Source: Podarcis muralis
Taxonomy: Eukaryota
Assembly: GCF_964188315.1 (NCBI RefSeq)
Contig: NC_135669.1
Coordinates: 27,838,001-27,902,000, forward strand
DNA length: 64,000 nt
Direction: 5' to 3'
The position numbers and the translations under genes are program-made. Below, piece after piece: positions 1 through 12,871 of this stretch. Under the pieces are notes generated by a model that saw nothing but the letters and a program-made list of their open reading frames with translations, was not told the origin of the DNA and searched no databases. How positions within the stretch are numbered: position 1 is the first letter of the stretch; every line of letters starts with the position of its first letter.

Positions 1-1240
1 TACTGTAAAAGAAACCTTGAACCATTCAAGAAAACACAACGCTAATTGATTTCTTTGCAATCCAGTTCTAAAGAATTCTAAGCATCCAAGAGACAAAGAA
101 GGACAACTGTGAAGAGCTCTTTGGCCTTTTCTGGCAAAACACTATATCTTTAAGTGGCAGGGTAGGGGTTGCTCACAGCACCCACAGGGAAGGGAAAGGA
201 GCAATGTGAAACCTGTTTATTTGAGAACAATGTGACCTTGCTCAGAATAGTTTTTGACAGCATCCAAAGTGGTGTGTCTACTACTGTAAGCAGAACACTG
301 TCCAAAAAAAGGAAAGCATTTTACCAAACCAGCATCTTGGAATTATAATAATTAACAGAACAGGAATACCCAAATATGGTCCCCAGATGAACTTTATCTA
401 GCTGCCAGTCGCCCCACCACATTTTAATCAAGATGTGTGTGTAAAAAAAGTGCTCAAACTTTCATTTATTATGAAAACAAGTGAGACACTGTGTACTTCA
501 TGCAACTACGTACTAGGCTGCAACATATTCTTTGCACATTGTTGGAAAGGCACAGAGCAAATCAAATCCCCGAGGGGCTCTTTTCGGAAGCATAATTGCT
601 CCTCAATCCCATCCCCAGTGATGACCTCATACCATCTCAATGCACAAGTTCTCTTCCTATTAAGTCCTGTCTGCTAGGTGATGCCATTTTTAAAAACAGT
701 TAAGTCTGCAGGCATGACCTGTTTTATTTTAAATTTAGTACCGTGGTTAGTGATTTTAGGTGGTTTATGATTATTATAAGTAGTTGTAATAGTATATAAC
801 TTGTTCATCTGTTAGTGGCATGGATTATTCTATATCCAGTTAATCTGGGCCAATGATGAGCATGAAAAATGCTGGCTGTGGATAGCTGCATTACTGGCCA
901 AAAGACCGAGTTTTGAAGCTTTGGGGAAATGATCCTCCATCGCACTTTCATCAGTAATTATTGGGATTGATGACACTGCATGACTGAGTTGTCTTTTTAA
1001 AAAGATACAATGATTAGGGAACTATAATCGGATCCAGAGATCTATCAAGAGTTTATGATTCAGAGAATGGACAAAACGAGTGATGAGCTATTTGAGAGAA
1101 ATGGGAAGTAGAAAGAATATTTATTTTGTATGATGACAGAAGTAATTGTGTCTGTGATCTTTGGTCACTGAAATAAAATAATTTGAATGTGTTCATTTGT
1201 TCCCCTTCCTGTCACTTGCAAGAGGTCTTGATCTGAACGG

Positions 1241-1996
1241 CTGGCCATGATGGCTGATGTCATGGACTGGCTGGATGCAGAGGAGTGGGGGGGAGGCACC
1301 AGCTGGAACCCCCTGGGGAAGCAGGCTCAGAGCCAGGGGACTGGTGGTAGGGTGACGATGAGTAGTGAGAGGGAGAAGAGGGAGCAGACTGGGAGGAGGT
1401 GTCGGAAGCTGAAGAGGCAACAGGGTTTAGTGAGCAGGAAGAGGTTTTGGCAGAGAGAGCAGTCCAGAATCAGAGGCAGGAGCAGAAGCTGGAGAGGAAG
1501 GGGGCCAAGAGGCAGAGAAGAGGCAGGCTGGTGAGGAAGCCAGGCTGTCTCCCCCTCCTGCTGCGACCAGCTCCTCTCCCCCCTGGTCTCCCAGAACTCA
1601 CAGAGAAATGAAGCGGGTGGAGCAATGAGAGGCAAGACAGTGAAGCCTTAGACTGCTGGGGAAGGAACTGGGGAGCAGTGGGAAGGTGAGAACCTTCAGT
1701 CCTTGCAGCTCTTTCACTGGGGCAAGACCTACTGGGAAGAGTTGCTGTGACCACTGTTTTGTCAAGTGCTTTATTGTCTTATTGCTGCCCAACGCCTGAG
1801 TCCAGTTCCTCACTGATAGCTGTCCTCTGCCTCCACAGTTGGGAGGAAGCAATGCTTTGGAATACCAGTTTGCTGGAAACCACAGAAGGAGAGAGTGCTC
1901 TTGTGCTCAAATCCTGCTCGCGAGTTTCCCACAGGCATCTGAGCCAGACTAGAGGAGCCGTTGGCCTGATCCAGGAGAGCTCTTCTTATGTTCTTA
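1241..1996 (+). mobile_element. CR1 LINE 3' UTR fragment, split by the solo LTR
   Basis: ccatgatggc...ctctgcctccacag...ggcatct...ttggcctgatcc...tcttcttatgttctta, homologous to the copy at 55340-55773. Confidence 0.7.
1258..1818. mobile_element. Solo LTR (about 561 bp, probably Gypsy-type) inserted in a CR1 3' fragment
   Basis: Termini TGTCA...TGATA (decayed TGACA). 5-bp TSD GCTGA/GCTGT (one mismatch). The flanks rejoin into a CR1-like 3' UTR. Confidence 0.7.
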
Positions 1997-3185
1997 ACTA
2001 CATACACAAATCAAGAGTGGCATTCATTCATTTTGAGTACTTTCCAGAATCAAGAAATGGCTTACCTGTGTACTCTCCTCTTACTTTGTTTGCCAGACAA
2101 TGGCCCAGACATTGGAAATATGCCTGAGATACCATATATACTCCAGAGCCTTGGGCTGTGGGGAACAGAGGCTGACCTTGCCTTCGCCAGTGCACATTCT
2201 GCCCCAGGAAACTTCCCTGCCCCTCCCCCTGGACGCTCAGGTGCAAGATTATCACATTCATCCAGGGTCCTCTCAAGTGAATGCAATAAGCAAACAACTA
2301 CATAACAGGGCTGTGATTGAGAATTGTATCCAGCTCTGTTCAGCGTTTGGGGGGTAGAGAAGTCTCCCCCACACCTGTCTCCCCCCAAAAAGTACTAAGT
2401 GGTACCAAGAAAGAATCCTGCCTTTGTTTCATCCGAGTCGCAACAGGATCTCTGATAAAACATCCAGTGAAACCTCAACATCTGAGCACTAAAGATAAAA
2501 CAGATCCTACTTTTTTCCCCAGCGCTAATGACACCACAGAGGGATTTTGTTACTTTATCTTTTCAAAGCAAGCACTTAGGGAGTTGAAAAGTAATAGCCA
2601 CTTCACAGATAAAACATATTTAATTATGCACACAAAACTGCACGGAATGGGGTAGTAAAAAATTCTAAAACAGAAACAAGAAATAAAGCGGCTCGGATCA
2701 TATATTTACAGCGCTGTAGCACCATAAACATTCCCACAGCAAACCAGTAACATGTGGAGGATGTGTAGGCATGTCTTGAAAATTAGCTGATGGTTAACCA
2801 GTTTCTTGGGCCAAAAGAGTCTGAAGATGCTGGCTGTTTTGAATCCAAGGCTCTCTCTAGATTCAATACCAAAGAAGCGGTTGCCTCGTTGTGGGGGAGG
2901 CTGGCTTAGACTAGCCACCAGTTGGGTGGGGAGCAGATTCCTGGTCCTTGGATCCATGGGCCTCCAAAGAGGAACCTCTTCCTTCAATGATGGCACAACA
3001 ACAGGAGCTGAAGGCTCAGCCTTCAACACAGCTGAAGCCAGACCTGTCTTGGAATATGTCTTAAACCTTTTTAAGATCTTAGACTGGACCCTGTTAGAAG
3101 GGCCTTCTCCAACAATGAGGCTCAGTTTCTTCTGTGCCCACCTTGTAAACATCTGACAGCAATGGAAAGTGTCTACTTGTGACAA

Positions 3186-3298
3186 CCAGCATGGTGTAAT
3201 GGTTAGAGTATCAGACTATGGACCTGGAAGACCAGGGTTCGAAACCCCCCTTGGCCACGAAGCTCACTGAATGACCTTGGGCCAGTCACTCTCTCCAG
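3186..3298 (+). mobile_element. tRNA-derived SINE 5' part (Squam3/MIR-like)
   Basis: A-box TGGTGTAATGG and B-box GGTTCGAAACC, then gaagctcactg...accttgggccagtca. Confidence 0.7.
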
Positions 3299-3896
3299 GA
3301 TCAAATTTTAATTTGCAAGATGGAGTGAAGGGCACAGTTTGTCTGTTTTTGAAGCTATTTTGTTTCTAAAGGGCTACTGTAATGAAGAATAAAATAAAAG
3401 TATCAGAATCAGAGAACTGCAGAGGTGGAAGGGAGCCCAAAGGCCATCCAGTCCAACTCCCTGCGGTACAGGAATTAAAGACTTCCTTTCCAGTAACAAA
3501 GAATAGCTTCTGTCTGTTAAATTGTGTTTTCGCATTTTTGTAAATATCCCTAAATGCATTCAATTTATTATTCAATTAATTGCTATGAAGGCAGATGATT
3601 AATCAGTTAAAATGTTGTAACTGGTTTCTAGCCATTGTTTTAATTAGTAAGTCAAGCTGCCAAACCCTAGCACTGAAAGCAGAGTAAACTCTCAAAATGC
3701 ATTTCATAAATGACTGTGTGCACATTTTTTCCTACACAGAAATTACTGTGCAAAGGAAAGGTCTCAATTAATCTTGCAGCTTGGGACTCCTTACGAACTC
3801 TCAGTTGTGAGAAAACAAAACAACAAAGAGGCTCAGCTAAGAACAAAGCTGGCAAAAGCTTTAGAAGTCAGTGCTTTTGATTCACCTACTACTCAC

Positions 3897-4244
3897 CTGG
3901 ATAAAATCTGGAAAGCGCTTTTTACAGGTAGGGCAGGTGAAACAACCATCGTTAACGTGGATCGCCACGTGATCTTTCAACAGATCCAAGCGGTCAAAGG
4001 ACTCGGGGCAGAAAATGCAAGAATAGGTCTTCTGGTCCAAGTGGAACTTCATGTGACTCTCCAGGGCACTGGTATTAATGAAGCCTTTGTTGCAGATGTC
4101 ACAGGTCAGAGGACAATTTCCTTCCCGCCCGTGGAACCGTAAGTGCTGATCTAACTTTTCCTTATCACGGAACGCCTTCCCACAGTGCAAGCATTTGAAG
4201 GGACGGAATGACTTTCGGATGAACAAGTGCTGGAGAGCTGCGTT
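3897..4244 (-). CDS. PRDM10: PRDM10 exon: C2H2 zinc-finger array (348 nt)
   Basis: [38 protein letters not shown]...[13 protein letters not shown]. Acceptor TCTTTTCAG, donor CAG|GTGAGT. Confidence 0.97.
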
Positions 4245-5124
4245 CTGAAAAGATACATTAAAAAACAAAACAAGCCGTGTCAACTAGCTAAGATTCTAGC
4301 TAGCTGTGTTTCCATAAAAAGCACCTAGGACCTATCTGCAGTCTGCACACGGAGAAGCAGAAAGAGAGGTAAATGGATTTGCCTAAGGACACAACGGTGA
4401 GTCGGCAGCAGAGCCTAGGAAGACACAGGGCTTTAGTGCTTGAATTATGACTTCCCATCATTTGCACCAAGACACATTTTGACAGATTCCTGCCCTGATC
4501 TAGCAGTTTGTGGCACCACACATAGATCACTGGGTTGCTGCCCAAAGCGACTCTCCTGTGTCAGGTTCCCCCTCCTATTTCTGTTAAGGAAACACATGAC
4601 AGGGTATCGTCATGTTAAGCGTTTCCTCCTCACCTAGCAAACTCCCTGCTTGCAAGCAATAATGTGAAACTGGGTAAGGGAAACCCCAGATGCGTGAAGA
4701 CATCATATCAGAGGAACACTTTATGCCAGGTCAGATTAATTTGTCCATCTAGCCCAACAGTTTCTGCTCTGACTGGCAGTGACACTCGAGGATCTCAATC
4801 AAAAGAAAGAAAGAGAACCCCCCTGGTGTTTGAAATGCAATTTATTCCAGGCCCTTTGCATTATGGAAGAAATCCTTCCATGGCGGAAAAACAAATGGCA
4901 GTAATTCTCAGCAAATGCATGGTGACTCCTGTTCCCTGTGAGCTGCCAGGGACTGAATCTGTGACCTTCTATGAGCATTGCTACCACTTGAGCTATAGTC
5001 TCCTTAACTACAGATTAACAGGAGGGGAGGCTCTCCAACCAGCACAAGTTGGCCTAGCACAGGGATGGGGAAACTGTGGCTCTTCTGATACTTCTGAGTT
5101 CCCATCAGCCCTAGTCCACATGGC

Positions 5125-5740
5125 TAATAATAAAATAATAATAAAAATTATTTATACTCTGCCCTTCCCGGTTTAAAAACCGGGCTCAGGGCGGCTAACA
5201 GCAAATATAAAGCATTGATTAAAATGTGACTTAAAAACAGCATAAAACAGCATAAAATACAACATAAAATGCAGCATTAATATCAATAAAATTCAAAAAT
5301 CCAGGGGTCATTTTTTTTGGGTGGGGGGGAAACCCCAGTCAGTAGACATCAAATGATCACCAGGGGTAACTGGCCAAGTTGGTCCTACTAGGGCCAGCAA
5401 GGAGACCAGGGAAGAATTTAAATGTGGGGTCCCAGAAAGGGTTTCTTCATAGAAAAGGAAAAGGAAAAGGGAATAGAGGATCAGGCTAATTCAAATTGAA
5501 GGCCAGGCAGAATAGCTCTGTCTTACAGGCCCTGCGGAAGGAGATCAAGTCCTGCAGGGCCCTAGTCTCGTGGGACAGAGCATTCCACCAGGTTGGAGCC
5601 GTCACTGAAAAAGCCCTGGCCCTGGTGGAGGATAGTCTGGCTTCCTTAGGGCCCAGGACCTTTCAGCTATTATTATTCATGGACCTTAGGGACCTCTGCG
5701 GGACATACCAGGAGAGGCAGTCCCATAAGTACGAGGGTAC
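5125..5740 (-). mobile_element. L2-clade LINE 3' fragment
   Basis: Minus frame reads LSSTRARAFSVTAPTWWNALSHETRALQDLISFRRACKTELF, the L2 ORF2 C-terminal signature, followed by a 3' UTR and (TTA)n-like tail. Confidence 0.85.
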
Positions 5741-8553
5741 TAGTGATCACAGCTGGTAGGAGTTGTAGGACAACGATATCTGGAGACCCAAAGCCACCCC
5801 ACCCCAAGCTTGACAGCTTCTGGTCCAAGAATTGCAAGAGGCAAGCAGGCTACTCATCCTTTTTGCCAGGCAACGAAAGCAATGCTTCAGCTAACTGTTA
5901 CAAAGGTTTCAAAAGACTCCAGCTGAATCTAACAAAGGATCCTGTTGAGAATTAAATGCATGCCTCCCCCACAGTGCTTTTCTTTTTCAGGGGGTTCTCA
6001 AGGATACGCAGTACCGGAACCTCTTTTTTGTTGTTAAAAAGTGTGGCACTTATTGTAACAACTTAATGGTGAGTACTGGTACCTATTTTTCTAGGGGGGA
6101 AAGCACTGGTCTCCCAGATTATTCAAAATCTGAGGCATCCAATAGATTAGGCACTAGAGCTCCAGCTCCTTAGATGCTAACTTGAATGCTCTGGGACTGC
6201 TTCTTTCCTTCTCAATGTTTTGTATAGCTGAGCAAAAAGAAAAATTCAGTTTTCATTCTGTTAATTAGACGTACATTAGAAAACCCATCATTTTCTTTTA
6301 AGTATGACTCATGATCTCTGGAAACCAAATGAATCTTAACAATGATGGTGTGAGGCAAAATATTAACCACAAACAAAACATTACTTATTCAGACTTGGGA
6401 AAACACAGGCTAATCAAACTTAGTCACAGAGAACAAAATGTGTTTAGTAGTAGAGAAACTAACGATAATTGGCTGTCATTAATACATGTGACAAAAACTC
6501 ATTTAAGTAATTATGGAGTTTTTTGTCTGTAGCTTTCTCCTTTCTTGGAGCCATTTTGTCCCTTTTCTTTCTCTTTAAATACAATTACAAATACATGCTA
6601 TACTTAATCTGTATGCAGGTTGTAACATCTACTCTTCATTATAGCAATAAAGGGACATTTTACTGTACCAAGCCTGGAATCACAATTAAAAAAGGGCAAA
6701 AGGTAAAATTAATGCCTCCAGTATAATATTCAGGGTTGATTAGGGTCACTAAACTCAAGGGGAATTTTTGCATGAACTTAATGGGATATAGATTGAACTG
6801 AGCCACAATAGTCTTCTTCCCACCCTGTGTGTAATTTTGAGGGTACATGCATGATTTCACATCACAAATGAGTTAATCTAGAACAACTAACCTCTACTTT
6901 ATCTATGCTCACAAACAACACTGCAGATTTGGACTTAACTATTTATCCACACTGGGGAGAAATGCATCTTGTTTTCTGCTAGTGCAAGATCTTAATTATG
7001 CACTCTTCAGTAAAGATAGATGTAACATTAGGATAGTCAACGTTAATTCTTCTAAAGTCTTTCGGTTACCATGGCTCCTATTCGGTCTCAAAACTGAAAC
7101 AACCAACCAAAAGGTAAATTGGAACCTTGCTGCTAAGGTGTTAGCTTTGTTGCTGCAATAAAAGCCTCAGTGCTCTTTTAATAAAATAATATTCAGATGT
7201 TTGCTACATGGTGGAAAACAGAAATGCACTCCATCCACTGCAAAAGGTTGTGGGTTTGTTTTTTTTAGATGGAAGAAGAAAACAAGTCACTTTCTATACC
7301 ACAGGGCAATTCTGTGTGGGCAAGCACACAACCTTGCAAGTTTTTTGTTTGTTTAATTGAGAGGCACATGTGTCTGTCTTTTGCATTCCAAAGATTATCA
7401 GAATAATTTCAAGAATGGTTGACTTTTCTGAGATGCAGGAAGCGAGAGGGAGAGAAGGGTATTTGTGATGTCATGGGTGCTAACCAATAGGCACCCACCA
7501 CAATTAGCATTTGTTTCCCTAAAACAAAGTAAATGACTTCCACTTGATTCAACCTTCCCTATACCCAAAACGTGTAGAACCACTTCATTATTCCTTCACA
7601 GCTCAGCCTAGGACAAAAAATAATAATAAAGCATGTGTGTTTGAAGGGCAGTGAAGATGCTATCACACCACCTCTGTTGCTCTTCAAATGCTATGTGTAC
7701 CTTCACTCTTAGTATCCACTTACGTTCATTTTAAATAGCACTAAAAAAAAATCCAACACACACTTATGTCCTTCTAGATTAACCCATTGCAACAGAGTCA
7801 TCTCTCTTAATCTCTGCTTTGGCTTCAGTGGGAACAGTTCACAGCTGGCTTTGCAGCCTTGCTTCCAAGTGTCCTGCGTGCTTCAGTAATTAAAGAGGAA
7901 TTCTGATGTTGGCAGGTAGCTGGGGTGGGAGCCATTTCTATGTTTTTGTACATGCAATCTCCAATTACAAGACACCAGCCCAGCAAAAGATTGAAAAGGC
8001 AGCAGGACTCAGTATACCCCCACCGAGTGAGAGAAAACAGCCAAGAAAATTTGCACTCTCGGGCTGCAATTTCTCTTCTATTATTAACCATTGTCTGTTT
8101 TCCACTCTACTTCTCAGACATTAAATATTAATTCTGATCCATACCAACAAGGAGGGGGGCGGGGAATCGCAGGGCGAGACAGAGGAAGCAACTGTATTTA
8201 ACCATGTAAGTTATTAGCATGCAGCACACATCCCCACACTTCAGGCTTGTGGAAACACTTTCACATTCCCAAGTTAGCAGTGCAACTGAACTGTGGTGAA
8301 GGAAAGTTTAATGCCACATGGACAGAAGCTCTGCTTGGAATTGGAAAGTGCCTGCCAGGTGCGTAGAGCTGGGGCTTGAGAAACACCTGCCAGGGTCTCT
8401 CCTTCAGGTGTCCTACCCAGCCTCTTAAAGAAGGTGCAGGGCAGCGCAGGGCAGTGCAACATTCCCCATGGTCGTAAATGTTTGTTGAAATCAGTTTAGG
8501 CTCCTTCAGTTCTGGCTGCAAAAAGAAAGAGGGTATTTACCTCTGCTGCTATA

Positions 8554-8786
8554 CAGTGGTACCTCGGGTTACATACGCTGCAGGTTACATACGCTTCAGG
8601 TTACAGACTCCGCTAACCCAGAAATAGTGCTTCAGGTTAAGAACTTTGCTTCAGGATGAGAACAGAAATTGTGCTCCGGTGGTGCGGCAACAGCAGGAGG
8701 CCCCATTAGCTAAAGTGGTGCTTCAGGTTAAGAATAGTTTCAGGCTAAGTACGGACCTCCAGAACGAATTAAGTACTTAACCACTG
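8554..8786. mobile_element. Tc1/mariner (Tigger-like) MITE
   Basis: TA|CAGTGGTACC...CCACTG|TA. Right TIR partly deleted. Same family as 13242 and 30743. Confidence 0.85.
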
Positions 8787-10991
8787 TATGAGGGACAGCT
8801 GTTGCACAGCATAGCTGCAATCCAAACCTGGAAACTGGTTTCCCCCCTCTCATTCTTACACATCTGTCTCCTCGCACTGCTCTCAATGGTTAGAGCACCG
8901 TCCAGAGTAGCAATTGATGATGCCCAAGGGGATATGGTCAGAAGGAGAATTTAGACTCCCTTTGGGTTACCTATAGAAGCACCCAAGCCATACACAAGGG
9001 AGTCTATGAGCTCACGGTCACATCTGCACTATGCATTTAAGCCCTGTGATGCTGCTTTCAGCAGCTGTGTCTTTCCTCAAAGAATCCTGGGAACTGTAGT
9101 TTGTTAAGTGTGTTGAGAGTCATTAGGAGACCCCTGCTTCCCTCCCAAGGCTACAATTTCCAGGCTGGTTAAACCAGTGATGGCCAAACTTGGCCCTCCA
9201 GCTGTTTTGGGACTACAACTCCCATGATTCCTATCTAGCAGGACCAGTGGTCAGGGATGATGGGAATTGTAATTTGGGGGCAAAACTAAATTTGAGGGCG
9301 CTGGGTGGCTCTTTGCACCCCGGTGGCACATGTGCTAAAGACTTCGCTGGGTCTACTCTAGGTAAAGGTTAGCCGAATGCAACCCCATAAAGCCCCAAGA
9401 GAAGTGTTTTCCTAGAATGGGGCCTTTCAGAACTAAGGAGCAGGTGGCTGCTGTTGTTTTTCTGTGCCTCTGCTGTGTCCCATAGGTATCTCTGTAATTT
9501 CAGCCCGAAGAGCCTTGGCAGGGTACAGCAGCACTCTCCCCTCCTGAAGTTTCCAGCAAAAGGCATTCAGAAGCATACATACAATGGAGGAGGAATTTGT
9601 CCGTCAGGGTTGGTGGACCTTGCTAGCCTTCTCCTCCATGAATTTGTCTAATCCTCTTATAACGCCATCCAAGTTGGTGCCCATCACAACATCTTGTGGG
9701 AGCAAATTCCATAGTTTAGACTATGCACTGCATGGATAATGCTTTCTTTTGTCTGCCCTGAATCTTCTAACATGAATGACGAGGAAGCATGGCCAAGATT
9801 CAGCAAGAAGACAGCGAGATGTGGCATGCCAAAACTGCCAAGGGAAAAACTTAGCAGAGAGGCTCAAGCAAATGAGCCTCAGCTAACACAGCAGAAGATG
9901 GAAACTGCAGACAGCAAAGTGTAATCATGCTGCAATGTGAAATACACAAGCAGACTACAGATGCCTACATAACGTAGTCCTCCAAAATGTTTTCACACAA
10001 ATGATGCATTTAAAAATGACACCCAGCCTTGAATACTCAGATACTTCTCACAACATTCCATTAGAGATTCTAACCCAATGCATTTGAAGGTGAAGTCAAA
10101 AGATTTTCAGGGAATGTTGATAAACAGTTGATAAACTCGCTATACAAAAAAAGCGAGTGATTTTTAAAAATACACTTTTGCATGCGAGAAAGCTTCTTGT
10201 AAAACAAATTATATTTTAAAAACCTATTTGATATGCATTGCTATTTCTGTATTGGGGGAGGTGAATGTCCTTTGGCCAATAAGGAAGCATTGCCAAGGTG
10301 TACTCTTAACATGCCATCTTACATGTGGAGCAAGTTCTTTGATGGTGTTGAATTCACCCCGGTGCACTTAGATCTTGCTCAATCTCTTTCTTTAAGGCAT
10401 CCACACACTTTTTGAAAAAGAAAGAAAAGACAGCCCTCTGAAGCTACAAGCGAATGAAAGCTCACCCTGTTTGCAGCTGTTTCTTTTTGCAACCAAAATC
10501 TTACGCACAGAAAGAAGGATGGGGAAAGAAGTATTTAAGCTACACAAACTGATCTTCCAACTGAACAGTTTGGAGGATTACTTGTCTGAATAATTTCCCT
10601 CTTAAACTTGACAGAAGAGTGGCACACAGCTGCCAGAAAGCACGGGCTCAGAGTATTTGTTTTTGGTATACAGAGTTCTCAATGCAGGCTTTAATATCAC
10701 AAAGGTCTGCAGCTGCCCACAAAAGAACTTAAATGAAATCTTTGCCTTCGAAGGAAAAATGGATATGGGCCAAGGTCATGGTGCCTCTTTGCCAATGTCT
10801 TCCAACAGCAAGAGCACAGCGACATACACACAGATGGTGCTGCGAGCAGCCCGCTAGTCCACCCCACTTCATGCAGCAGATTGGAATACGCCTGCCTGCC
10901 AGACTGGATGCACTAGATTCCCAGGAAGGACTAGCTGAGCATCATGAATCTAATCAACTTCAATTGCTGCCCAGTTCCTCCTAGCATCACG

Positions 10992-11293
10992 AGAGGCACC
11001 GAGCAATTTGTGTGAAGTTTGTCTTTGCAGCGGCAGTGGGATGTGCTCAGCCTGAAATGTCACGCAAGAAGTTTAGAGATTGACACCAATTTAAGGTAAA
11101 AAGGTCAGCAGTAACCAGCAGGCAAATCAAGCATCCGCAAAGAGGCAACCATCTCTTAGCGCGAAGTCTGTCTTCTTTTTATGAGCGATGAGATGTTCTC
11201 TGCCTGAAATGTCGGGTGTAGGAAGTTTAGAAGCTGACACCAATTTCGGGTAAAAGGTCAGCAGTAACTGAGAGGCAAATCAAACCTCGGGTG
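10992..11293. repeat. Degenerate two-copy tandem duplication, period about 150 bp
   Basis: GCCTGAAATGTC, GAAGTTTAGA, TGACACCAATTT, GGTCAGCAGTAAC and AGGCAAATCAA each recur 152-153 nt apart. Confidence 0.85.
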
Positions 11294-12206
11294 GAAAATA
11301 GCAAATGAGGGGCTGTGCATACTTTACAGCAAACCACCCTTCCCCAATTTTGAACAAAGGACACTAATTCTATACCCCATATAAATTAAGTATGAATATT
11401 AAATATGTATGTCTTATCCGGCAAAGGTTACTGTTTAGAAGACACAGATTTTCATACGATTTCTTTTTGGAGCAGGAGAGCAAGAGAAGGCAAATAATGA
11501 AAGGAACAGGGAGGAAAGGTATGGTAAATAAACCAACATAGGTGGCTATGGAAGTTATCTGGGGCACTGAAACTCCAGCCACTGACTGCTAGGTCTATCA
11601 ACTTCTACCTTCTGGTGTCTGAGTCTGTGCCCAAAAATTGCTAAAGCTCTTTGTTTCACAACATGAAATCTGAGGTTCTCTGGGCATCGACTAGCCCTAC
11701 TTCTGAGCCTTTAGAGCAGGGGTAGTCAATATGGTGCCCTACAGATGTTGTCGGACTACAACTCCCATCAGCCCCGGCCAGAATGGCCATGGTGTTTATT
11801 AGATTGCAAGCCTGCGGGAAGGGACTGTCTGGTTTTAACAGACTGTATGTATGCCATTCTGGGAAACTTTTTTGGCTGAAGAGAGGTGTACAAATGATCT
11901 AAATAAATAAATCATCAGCACAGATGATTAGAGCTGAAGTCCAGCAACATCTGGAGCACAGCACATTGGCTTTCTTTAAGAGATTAGCCTGACATGCATT
12001 AATTAAGAAGACAAAACCTTTTAAGCCTGGAAATATAATTATGGGGTGGGGTGGAGGGGACATTGCCGGCTTAACTTCTGCATATCAGTCTGCTGTCTAA
12101 AGGGGTTCGAACAGAGCCAGTAAAAATGGTGATGACCTTAACAGTAAACCCACAGACACGCAGGGAGCACACACAGCCCCAGCCAGCTGCTGAGTTCTTC
12201 GCTTAC

Positions 12207-12431
12207 CCGGATACGCTTAGCTCTCCGCATGTCGTCTGCTGTCATTGTGCTCTGGGTAGCCACCACAGTCTGTTCATGCGGCTGGAGCTGTAAAGGGTGG
12301 CTCTCAGGCTGCTGATCCAAGGATGATGGCGTCTCTTGCGGCACCGGTGTTTGTTCCTGTTGGTCCAGTCCGTTCAGCGTGGCTTGCCCAGCCTCATCAA
12401 ACTGCCCCTTGCTGGAGAAATGCAGCAAGTC
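12207..12431 (-). CDS. PRDM10: PRDM10 exon: Q/P-rich linker (225 nt)
   Basis: [24 protein letters not shown]...[17 protein letters not shown]. Donor CGG|GTAAGC. Confidence 0.95.
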
Positions 12432-12871
12432 CTGAAATTGCAAATAAAATGGATGGGGGTCATATCGCTGCCCGCCGTATTATGGTATAGCAATGATGGT
12501 TAGGCTATGCTGGTTTTGCAGAACTAGGTCCATTTCATACCAGAAAAAGAAGGGGCATGTTTTTTTATTTTATTTATTAAATTTGTATACTGCGTGACAA
12601 TTCAAGATAGTCCTTGTTCTGCTAATTTTTTGCAGCACAGAATTGCCAATGGGCAAATGCTGCTGAGGATATTTCTGATGCAACTTCAACATCCCTTGTA
12701 TGCGTTCAGCACTGGAAATTCATTGATGACAGAGGCTACTGAGATACCCCTTCCCAGGCTAGTTCTGAGTCAACTTTATATGGACTGGGGGAATGATCAG
12801 GAAAGCAGTTAAGCAAACTCATGCTCCCAATTTCATTGGAAACTCCTTTGCCTGATCCTACCAAACGATAC

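Noticed and set aside
780-1190. L1 ORF2 C-terminal remnant
   Set aside because: Only a faint resemblance (EW..VMSYL) among many stops; not supportable by eye.
4664-5176. 170-aa plus-strand ORF
   Set aside because: No recognisable homology, runs into an L2 tail, antisense in an intron.
10992-11293. Tandem H/ACA or C/D snoRNA pair
   Set aside because: An H-box-like AGAGAA appears in only one unit and no consistent ACA or C/D boxes were found. Kept only as an unexplained duplication.
12432-12871. U12-type (minor) intron suggested by donor GTATCGTTT
   Set aside because: Mismatch at +6 of GTATCCTT, and no TCCTTAAC branch site before the acceptor, which has an ordinary U-rich tract.
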